A DNA stretch of 64,000 nucleotides from Candidatus Brocadiia bacterium (GTDB taxonomy: Bacteria > Planctomycetota > Brocadiia > SM23-32), in contig JBKHIT010000019.1 of NCBI GenBank assembly GCA_046538485.1, positions 11,116 to 75,115 of the forward strand, read 5' to 3'. Made by a program: the position numbers and the translations under genes. The notes under the pieces were generated by a model, which was not told the DNA's origin, searched no databases, and saw only the letters and a list, made by a program, of their open reading frames with translations. This document shows, in pieces, positions 53,405 through 61,509 of this stretch (position 1 is the stretch's first letter; every line of letters starts with the position of its first letter).

Positions 53405-55759
53405 TCAGTGCTTCTCCTGGATCTCTCGAAGTTCACGACTGATTTTCAGGAATTCGTCCAGTTCCATCTCCCGCAGGAAAACCAGTCCTCGGGTAGCCCG
53501 GATGAGGGCGCTGGGGTGGTTGTGGAACCATTCCCGGCCAAGACACGTTTTCAAAGTGTGATATTGCTCGACCTGGATTTTCCGGGCCAGTTCGCAGAAC
53601 GGTCCGTCGTGTTCGTAGCTGGGGAAAGGCGCATTTTTCTGGGAGTTGAACGTATTCATGAAGGCGCTTCGCATGATCGAGAACATATTCAGAGACACCG
53701 GAATATAGAGGTTGGCTTCGGCCGGATGGAAACGGTACCAGACGTTTCGGTACCCCCAAACCTTTATGTCATTGTTACCTCCGCCCGCGGCATATTGTTT
53801 CAGCCCTTCCGCCACGACTTGCAGCACTTTGTAGTGAGTATCAGGGCCGCTCGCTTCGGGATCCAGAGCAACGGTCACGATGTCCGGTTTCACGCGTTCG
53901 AGCGTTTCCAAAAACGGAGCAACGTCGCGATCAACGGCGGGCTGTTCTGTGAAAATATCGCCCGTATAGAATCCCAAACGCAGATGCAGAACGTTGCCGG
54001 AATTCCATCCGAAGTAACCCCACAGACATTCGGCTTCCCACTCCCGGCAACGGCCTTTCAGCTCCTGGATGTCGGGGCTATCTTTCTCGCCGGGCCGATG
54101 CTGTTTGAAATATTCCGTCAACTCCGTCAGCTTTTCGTCGGCTTCGTCCAGTGTTTTGATGTTGTAGACGGCTGTCAGGTCTCTGAGTAACCGCCGGGCG
54201 GATCCTTCGCTCTTCATCCGGTCGGATTGAGCGGCGACGCCGTCCAGATACTGCCAGATATCCCGGTTCCTTCCGTTCGCAGCTTCAGCTGTAAAATAAT
54301 CTTCCCGCATCAGTTCACGGAACTCGGGCGTATGGATCCATTCCTGGAGTTCCGAAATACGGTGCTCCACGAAGCTGTCGGTGACGGCGGTGAAGCCGCT
54401 CGTGAGTGTTGCAAAATAGTGGATGTTGCTCGGGTCGCGGGTGTGACGGACGATGTGGGGAAGATAGCCGAGCATCAGGTCGTCGTGATGCGGTTCGGTG
54501 TGCAGGAAACGGGTATCTTTTCGGATCAGACTCCCGGCGTGCATCTTTTTGAGAAGGCTACCTCTGACGTTCCCCGCGAGTTCGGTCGGGGAGGCGGCGC
54601 GCTTTTCGAGGACCTGCCGGGCCAACCGGTCCTGTGCAAAATCCTCCGCTTCGAGATCGGCGATACGTCCGTCGTGTTCGACCGAGAGATCGATTACGGC
54701 CTTTTCAACTTCGCGGTCGGTGACCTTTTCTTTTTGGCTCAGACGGATGTAGCGGTGTTCGCGCAGATCTTTAGCGGCCCCTTCCGTCAGGTAGAACCGG
54801 GCATTATCGAGTTTATGGAGAGCGGTGGCGGGATAACGCACGTCGGGTTCGTTCTGGATGGCCTCAGCGACCATTGGGGCTTTGGTTTCACCGGCGGCAA
54901 TCACGATGGCCGTGCAATCGGGATTAGCTGTGATCGTCCCAAGGCCAATCGTGATAACACGACGGTCGCGAGCCAGGGCCATGCCGCCCAGATCCGTGGC
55001 AGCGGCCGCTTGAGTTTCGTAGTTGGTAGCGGCAAGGCGTGTGGTGGAATGGTGGTCGGAACCGCGTACGTTAAAGGCGATATGACCATCCGGACCGATC
55101 CCACCGAGAAAGAATCCAATTCCGCCCATTTCCCGGATCCGGTTCTCATAGCGTCGACACCATTCATCAACGTCGAACAGAACCTCCTGTTGCAGTTCTT
55201 CGAGCGGGGTTTCCGGCGCACGGTGGCGAAGTGAAAGGTCAACTTGAGCGCCGGGCCATACGTCTTCGAGCGTCTGATTCTTTGGTAGGCCGATCTCCCG
55301 GCAGTTTATGAGGAGGGCTCGCTCCGGATCGAGACCCAGCTGCCCGATATAAAACTCGTTCACATAGGAATAGAAACTATGCTCGTGGGACGGGTCAATC
55401 GGGTAGAATTCATCGATCTGGACAAAACGGAGTCGACTGAGATTGGGCGGGTTAGCGGTACTGATCCCGCATTTTTCCAATTCAGTCCGAGTTCCGGCGT
55501 CCTCCCAGGTATTGAGGAGGTGGTTGACCCATTTAATGAAATACTCCGGGGTTTTCCCGGTCGGGAGACTGACAACACCTTCCGGATTGTCCAGAACCCA
55601 CTCAATGAAACGGAGCGCGGTCAGCTTGCCGAGGTCCGGGAACGTTTCGACGACGATGGACGGGAGTTTTTCGGTCGGTGGGTAGACCCCTGCGAACGGG
55701 CTTTCCTGGAGGGCTTTCTGCTCGACGGGGCTGAGATTGATGTTGGAATCAGGAGTCAT
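53405..55759 (-). CDS. nagB: glucosamine-6-phosphate deaminase-like (NagB) N-terminal domain fused to a LmbE/PIG-L-like C-terminal domain
   Basis: VVSLPTGKTPEYF, GIGPDGHIAFNVRGS (NagB/Pgl fold), then FLHTEPHHDDLMLGYLP (PIG-L/LmbE-type). ATG at 55759 is preferred over TTG at 55822. Confidence 0.8.
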   Translation of the reverse strand: MTPDSNINLSPVEQKALQESPFAGVYPPTEKLPSIVVETFPDLGKLTALRFIEWVLDNPEGVVSLPTGKTPEYFIKWVNHLLNTWEDAGTRTELEKCGISTANPPNLSRLRFVQIDEFYPIDPSHEHSFYSYVNEFYIGQLGLDPERALLINCREIGLPKNQTLEDVWPGAQVDLSLRHRAPETPLEELQQEVLFDVDEWCRRYENRIREMGGIGFFLGGIGPDGHIAFNVRGSDHHSTTRLAATNYETQAAAATDLGGMALARDRRVITIGLGTITANPDCTAIVIAAGETKAPMVAEAIQNEPDVRYPATALHKLDNARFYLTEGAAKDLREHRYIRLSQKEKVTDREVEKAVIDLSVEHDGRIADLEAEDFAQDRLARQVLEKRAASPTELAGNVRGSLLKKMHAGSLIRKDTRFLHTEPHHDDLMLGYLPHIVRHTRDPSNIHYFATLTSGFTAVTDSFVEHRISELQEWIHTPEFRELMREDYFTAEAANGRNRDIWQYLDGVAAQSDRMKSEGSARRLLRDLTAVYNIKTLDEADEKLTELTEYFKQHRPGEKDSPDIQELKGRCREWEAECLWGYFGWNSGNVLHLRLGFYTGDIFTEQPAVDRDVAPFLETLERVKPDIVTVALDPEASGPDTHYKVLQVVAEGLKQYAAGGGNNDIKVWGYRNVWYRFHPAEANLYIPVSLNMFSIMRSAFMNTFNSQKNAPFPSYEHDGPFCELARKIQVEQYHTLKTCLGREWFHNHPSALIRATRGLVFLREMELDEFLKISRELREIQEKH

Positions 55760-56521
55760 GTTTCGCGGGTTAAGTGAGGAAATGTGACCCGCTATTATGG
55801 AGGACAAGGGGGTGAGGCACAAGAGGGGAATGTGCGAGAAGGAATTTGCGCTGCGTGTCTCTACGAGTTGTGGTAGTCAGGCTTTTCCCGAAAATTACGG
55901 GGGCTGTGGTGGCTGGTTCTGGCATTCAGTTCCGAGGCTGATTCGCCGGCACAGAGCCTCAGGGCACAGAACGGCAGGCGTGCTCGACCATGGTCAGTTT
56001 TTTTGCGAAATAGCAAGCGTAGCGCGAGGCTCGCAGGCAAGGTGCCTGCTCTACTATAACGGCGCTTGCCAGCAATCCACGCCACGAGGTGTTGGCCCGT
56101 TCAGTATGACAGGCATCTGTGTGCGTTTAGCGTGCGTAACATCAGCCATCCACGCTCACATTGTCATTGCGAGGCGTTCCGCGCAGTGGGACGCTGCGGC
56201 AATTTGGCTGCTGGGCTGAAAAAAGGACCAGATCGCTTTGCCGATCTTACGATGCACTCGCAATGATCCCGGAGGCGGACCTGTCGTTGGTTGTTGGTCT
56301 TTGTTCTGCGATGCCTGCAGGCTTTTGTATCGCGTTCTGAACTGCAGCCTTGGGCTGAAGTCCAGTCCGCTCGCGCGAGCTGCCGAGTGGAGTTGTCCGT
56401 TTTGGGAGTACCTGAGGTGGACTATGAGCCCCAGAAGCGCAATCGGAGCTTGTCCGCGAGGTGCAGGTGTGCGTCGCCCTGTCGGCGCTATCCTTGCCGT
56501 TCTTGCTGTTGGAAACTGGGG

Positions 56522-57754
56522 CTATTTCGTGGGGTCCATCAGTCGACCCATGAACAAGATGCTGTTGGTCTTACGGTCGCGGATGAGGAACAGGAATGGG
56601 TGGTCGGCGATGAATTTTTTCGGCGGGGCCACATGCGCTGCGGTGGCGCCGACAGCGATCCCCGTGGCGGCGGCCGCTTCGGTTCCTTCCTCGTAAACAT
56701 CAACGTAGGCTTTGTGGATAGCGGCTTGAATGTAAAGATCGCGCCGACCGTTCATCCCGCTGAAATTAGCTTTACCTTTCTGGAAAGCATTGACCATCCC
56801 CATTTTTTTGAGCGTGTCCCCGAGCATGAATTTGGTCTCCAGCTTGAATTTCGGCATCGCCACGGTGACTCTTGGGTGCCCCATACGTTTGAGCCATTTA
56901 GCCAGTTTCTTCTCAGTGAGGGATTCTTCCAGCTTCGGAAGGCCGTCGTCCTCTTTGGGAAGGAGTACCACCATCGAGAGTTCGTGTTTTGTGTAGGGCA
57001 TCTCGAGGATTTTCAGGTCATCCAGCTCGCGATAACCAAAGGTTTCGGTTTGATGCATCATAGGATTCTTGACTTTTGTGCCATCCAGAAGGATAAAGGG
57101 TTCTTTTCGGGTGGCGCTTTCGTTGAACGTTTCGGCCCATCGCGCCTTGAAATAAATGGCATTTGTCAGTACCAGCCGGGTCATCCGATCAATACTGCCT
57201 CTGGGCATAAGCTTCTTGATTTTGTTCTGAGTTTCCTGGGCGACCCATTTGTTGATGCGTTTTCGAGAGGGTTCGGTGTTATTTTTGAAATCGACTTCTT
57301 TCAGGCCCGCATTGTAGTATTTTTGCGTGAGACTGAGGTATGCCTTTCTAAAATCGTAACCTTTCTGTCCCCAGAGGGCATTGGCAACGCTGAGGTTGTA
57401 GTTCCCCCGTTTCTGTCGTGCGTTGAGGTTATCGATCAGTTTTGCAAAGGCTTTATTAAGTTCCTTGCCCCGGCAGGGGAAATGGAGCACTTTCTCCATC
57501 TGTTCGGCTGTTTCCCCGCGAGCGCCCGCATAGGCCAGAGCGAAGGCCGTTGAGACGCTGAAAGGCGAGAGGAAAAGGTTCTCACCCTCGTGGGATTTGT
57601 TCTGCCGGAGCTGTTCATAAAGCGCGACGGCAAAGGCGTTGTTGCCCTCCGGGAGATCCCCGGACGTTTTGGGCCGGGCGAAAACAGGGTTCATGCCCAT
57701 TCCAAAAACTATGACTGTCAGGCCAGTTATTACAATATTCCGTATCCTATCCAT
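56522..57754 (-). CDS. serpin (serine protease inhibitor family), secreted
   Basis: Perfect SD AAGGAG 6 nt before ATG 57754. Signal MDRIRNIVITGLTVIVFGMGMNPVFA. Hinge/RCL EEGTEAAAATGIAVGATAAHVAPPKKF, then IADHPFLFLIRD. Confidence 0.9.
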   Translation of the reverse strand: MDRIRNIVITGLTVIVFGMGMNPVFARPKTSGDLPEGNNAFAVALYEQLRQNKSHEGENLFLSPFSVSTAFALAYAGARGETAEQMEKVLHFPCRGKELNKAFAKLIDNLNARQKRGNYNLSVANALWGQKGYDFRKAYLSLTQKYYNAGLKEVDFKNNTEPSRKRINKWVAQETQNKIKKLMPRGSIDRMTRLVLTNAIYFKARWAETFNESATRKEPFILLDGTKVKNPMMHQTETFGYRELDDLKILEMPYTKHELSMVVLLPKEDDGLPKLEESLTEKKLAKWLKRMGHPRVTVAMPKFKLETKFMLGDTLKKMGMVNAFQKGKANFSGMNGRRDLYIQAAIHKAYVDVYEEGTEAAAATGIAVGATAAHVAPPKKFIADHPFLFLIRDRKTNSILFMGRLMDPTK

Positions 57755-57866
57755 CGGCCACTCCTTTCTTACGTTTCCTTGTCGTTTCTTGTTCCGCATC
57801 AAATCCGATCCGTCAAACGTTGCCGTATTTGCGAATCAGACCACTAAGTCATATTTCACGACGACA

Positions 57867-59609
57867 TCAAGCCTCTGGGCTCATTAGTTGCCCGAGAAAC
57901 AGGATTGTTCCGGTTTTTTTGTCGCATACTGCGAAAACGAAAGGATGATCGGCCTTGAAAACAACAGGTGGTGAGGATATAGATTCTCGTTCCATGGCCA
58001 CGGCTGTCGCCGCTGCCGCTTCTGTGCCTTTTTCGTTCACATCGCCGAACGCCTCATGGATTACTTTTGAGATGAACAGGTCCCTGCGTCCGGCGATACC
58101 GGAAAAATCGGCGTTTTTCGGCGAGAAGGCATCGGTCATGCCCATTGCTTTCAGGTTTTTTTTGAGACAAATCCGGTATTTGAGTTTAAAGCGCGGTATC
58201 TCCACGGTTACACGCCGGGCTTGCAGCTGGCGCCGCCAGATTCGTAAGGTTTGCGCGGACAGACGTTTCGTGAGCTGGTCGAGAGTTCCTTTTTTCGGCA
58301 GGAGAACCAGCATGACCAGATCGTCGCCTTTGTATGGAAGTTCAAGACACTGGATATCCCCGAATTTGCCGTACCGAAAAGATTCCGTCTGGTTCATCAT
58401 GGGGACTTGAACGGTTTTGCCTCCACTCAGGTGGAAAGGCTTTTTCTGAGTGAGGTTTTCTCCGAATTTTGACTCCCAGGTTCCGAGGAAGTAGATGGCA
58501 TTTGTCAGGATCAGTCGCACGGCGGGATTCACGTCGTCTTTTTTGAGGAGGTCTTTGATTTGGTTCTTCGTTTCTTCGGCGACCCAGTCGTTTATTGTTT
58601 TACGGGCTGTCTCGGTCTGGCTTTTGAAATCGACTGTTCGGAGGCCAGCCCCGTAATTTTTTTCGACCAGCGAGACGAACTGACGCCGGAAACCGCCCCC
58701 TTTTTGCCCCCAGAGGGCGTTTGCGACGTTGACTTGATACGGTTTTTCTTTTGAACCTGCAATAAGGCGATCTGCGATTCTGCCAGATGCTGCGTGCAGT
58801 TTTTCGTCCGGAATCTGGAAACGGAGCACATTTTTCATTTCCCAGGACGTTTTCCCCCGCGCCCCGGCGTATGTCATCGTGAGGGCCGCAGAGATGCTAA
58901 ATGGAGAGAAGAATATGTTGCGCTGTTTCTCGGGTTCTCCGGGAGAGAGCTGTCGGAATAGATCGAATGCGAAAGCGTTGTTCGAATCGGCGATTGCACG
59001 AAGAGGATGCGTTGAGCGGGTTTTTGTCGATTTCTCCCGCCCGACCGTAACAGAGACTTCATTGCTTCTGATGGTGCCGCTCCAGGGCTGTCCCTCAACC
59101 GATTTCACCATGGAGTCGGGCAGTTTTGCGAAATCCCATTTGAACCAGACCCGGTAAGTGTCGGAGGGGAGATGCGCCACCGTCCTGGCGCCACTGACGA
59201 ATTTGTAGTCTTCCGGGCGGATGGACACTTCGAACTGCGATATCTGGCCGGGATCAAGCTCTTTGATGGCCAGCTTATATGGGTGTTTGGGTGGAGGTTT
59301 GTTTCTGTCTCGTTTCGTGTGCCACTGCCGTGAACGTTTTTCCGGTTTGATTGATTCTTCCAAAACGATTTTGTATTCGAGCTGAACGGGTTTCACGACG
59401 GGCAGAAGTTTTTTGGTTTTGGAGAGGTTCTGGAGTGTTACCGTGAATTTGAAAGGATCACCGGCGGCTACCTGCTGGGCGGCTGGCGCGGCCTGGAGCC
59501 GGAGGGGCTTTTTTGATTCTGCAACTTTATCGGCTGCGTTGATTGTTTGGAGAAAGGTGAGAACAAGGAATAGAAGAAAAAACGAGGGGAATGGTTTTTG
59601 ATATTGCAT
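57867..59609 (-). CDS. serpin with a ~190-aa N-terminal extension, secreted
   Basis: ATG 59609 with AAAGGAA upstream. Signal MQYQKPFPSFFLLFLVLTFLQTINA. The serpin core starts about at PLRAIADSNNAFAFDL. RCL EKGTEAAAATAVAMERESISSPPVVF, then KADHPFVFAV. Confidence 0.9.
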   Translation of the reverse strand: MQYQKPFPSFFLLFLVLTFLQTINAADKVAESKKPLRLQAAPAAQQVAAGDPFKFTVTLQNLSKTKKLLPVVKPVQLEYKIVLEESIKPEKRSRQWHTKRDRNKPPPKHPYKLAIKELDPGQISQFEVSIRPEDYKFVSGARTVAHLPSDTYRVWFKWDFAKLPDSMVKSVEGQPWSGTIRSNEVSVTVGREKSTKTRSTHPLRAIADSNNAFAFDLFRQLSPGEPEKQRNIFFSPFSISAALTMTYAGARGKTSWEMKNVLRFQIPDEKLHAASGRIADRLIAGSKEKPYQVNVANALWGQKGGGFRRQFVSLVEKNYGAGLRTVDFKSQTETARKTINDWVAEETKNQIKDLLKKDDVNPAVRLILTNAIYFLGTWESKFGENLTQKKPFHLSGGKTVQVPMMNQTESFRYGKFGDIQCLELPYKGDDLVMLVLLPKKGTLDQLTKRLSAQTLRIWRRQLQARRVTVEIPRFKLKYRICLKKNLKAMGMTDAFSPKNADFSGIAGRRDLFISKVIHEAFGDVNEKGTEAAAATAVAMERESISSPPVVFKADHPFVFAVCDKKTGTILFLGQLMSPEA

Positions 59610-59678
59610 GATCTGTTCCTTTGTGTATCCAGATATGATTGCCAATTTTCCGTCTTAAGCTGTTTTGGCCCGGATTGC

Positions 59679-61280
59679 TCAGGCAACCGTGAAACTCACA
59701 ACGGTTTCTTCGCTCTCGGTATAGCCGATACGGGTGGCTTTGGCACGGATCGTCGTCTTCCCTTCCGGCAGTCGAATCGGATCTGTGTAGAGGTGCCATC
59801 GGGCATCATCTCCTTCGTCGGTGGTGTACGTCATCGACGCACCCTGCGTGGCACAATGGAACTGGAGCAGGGCGGGACCGTCGAGAGAATTCTCACCGCT
59901 GGCCGGAGTGCGCCCATAATTTTCCTCGCAGATGGGGATAAGAACCGGCGATGCGGTCTGTGGCTGTTTTCCGTTGGGGTACCACTGCTCGACCATCTCA
60001 GATTCGGGAATCTCGCCCATATCACCGACATCCGAGCGCCACTGTTCCGCCGCCGCTCGAAGCCGCTGGAGTTCCGGTTCGTAATCGGGATCGTCGGCCA
60101 GATTGTTGATCTCCCACGGATCGTTTTGCGTGTCGTAAAGTTCCTCTACCGGACGAGGCTGGAACATGATATTTTCCGGCCACTCCAGTTCGTTTTCCAG
60201 ATGCAGACGCCACCATTCTTCGACGATGGGGTGCCGGTTCCGGAAGGGGATCCATAGCAAGTAGGGCAGTTCAGGGCGGTGGTGGCGAATGTATTTGAAA
60301 CGTTTATCGCGTGCGGCGCGAATCATATCGTAGGTTTCATCGTATCGATCCCGCGACATGAAGACGTATTCTCGGGGAGAAGCGGTCTGCTCGCCCAAAA
60401 AGGCGCGTCCCTGCATGTGAGGTGGAACATCGATACCAACCGCCGAAAGGACGGTCGGTCCAAGGTCCAGCGTGCTGATGAGGCGGTCGCTGACCGATCC
60501 GGGCTCCAGCTCACCGGGCCAGCGGACAATCATCGGTACGTGGACGCCGCTGTCGTAGGGCCAGCGTTTACCCCGGGGCATCGGACCGTGATCGCTCCAG
60601 TGGAAGACGATGGTGTTGTCAGCAAGCCCGTCTTCCTGGAGCTGATCGAGAAGTTCGCCGAGATAACGGTCATTGTTTTCGATATGGGTGTACATCCGCG
60701 CCATGGCAAGGCGTACTTTTTCCGTGTCCGGGAAATAGGGCGGCAGGACCATATCATCGGGGTCGAAAGTCGGGTCGGGGCATTTCTCGGGCCACATCCC
60801 GCTCTCGTGGGTTTCTGTTGGGTTGAAAACGGCGAAAAAGGGTTGATCCGGGTCGGGACGATTGCACCAGTGGGCTTCGGTGCTGAGTTCATCCCACGCG
60901 GTGACAGGGGGCTCGAACTGATAGTCGGTTTTGACGTTATTGGTGCAGTAGTAACCCTCGGCGCGGAGGTATTCGCTGAAACATTTGACGTAATGCGGGA
61001 CGACCGCGGAATAGGGGGTCGGCATTTCGGGCGTGGCTTCGTTGGTGTGCGCCGTGCGCATGTGATGCGTGCCGATTGAGATGGGATACATTCCGGTGAT
61101 GATAGCCGACCGGGACGGCGCGCAGACACCCGTTGTGCTGAAGGTGTTGGGCCAGCGACAACCTTCAGCCGCCAGCTGGTCCAGGTTCGGCGTCCGGGCG
61201 ACGGAATCGCCATAGCAGCCGTAGAAGGGATTCGTATCTTCGAACGAGATCCAGAGGATGTTTGGTCTGTCTTTGCTCAT
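59679..61280 (-). CDS. sulfatase with a C-terminal beta-sandwich (chitobiase/hexosaminidase-C-like) domain
   Basis: RPNILWISFEDTNPFYGCYGD, TGVCAPSRSAIITG, WSDHGPMPRGK. C-terminus: LQFHCATQGASMTYTTDEGDDARWHLYTDPIRLPEGKTTIRAKATRIGYTESEE. Confidence 0.9.
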   Translation of the reverse strand: MSKDRPNILWISFEDTNPFYGCYGDSVARTPNLDQLAAEGCRWPNTFSTTGVCAPSRSAIITGMYPISIGTHHMRTAHTNEATPEMPTPYSAVVPHYVKCFSEYLRAEGYYCTNNVKTDYQFEPPVTAWDELSTEAHWCNRPDPDQPFFAVFNPTETHESGMWPEKCPDPTFDPDDMVLPPYFPDTEKVRLAMARMYTHIENNDRYLGELLDQLQEDGLADNTIVFHWSDHGPMPRGKRWPYDSGVHVPMIVRWPGELEPGSVSDRLISTLDLGPTVLSAVGIDVPPHMQGRAFLGEQTASPREYVFMSRDRYDETYDMIRAARDKRFKYIRHHRPELPYLLWIPFRNRHPIVEEWWRLHLENELEWPENIMFQPRPVEELYDTQNDPWEINNLADDPDYEPELQRLRAAAEQWRSDVGDMGEIPESEMVEQWYPNGKQPQTASPVLIPICEENYGRTPASGENSLDGPALLQFHCATQGASMTYTTDEGDDARWHLYTDPIRLPEGKTTIRAKATRIGYTESEETVVSFTVA

Positions 61281-61509
61281 GACTGGTCCCAGTATTTCGA
61301 AAAAGAAATCAGTGTAATTCCCGCGGATTCTGGAAAACCCATATTAATTCATTTGTGGTGCTAACCCAACTGGGGAAGTAAGTGAGAGGGGCGAAAGGGA
61401 CGTAAGGGGCAGAAGGTGCCTGATAGAGGAGGGAGAAACGAGTCGCGCGGCAGGAACGCTGTTTCGGAGTTGTCTTTTAGCGAACTGGCGGCCCGCCGAG
61501 ACACTTCTG

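Noticed and set aside
56291-57553. A 420-aa + strand ORF.
   Set aside because: It is antisense to the first serpin, whose serpin signatures, SD and signal peptide are unambiguous. Its own sequence is low-complexity.
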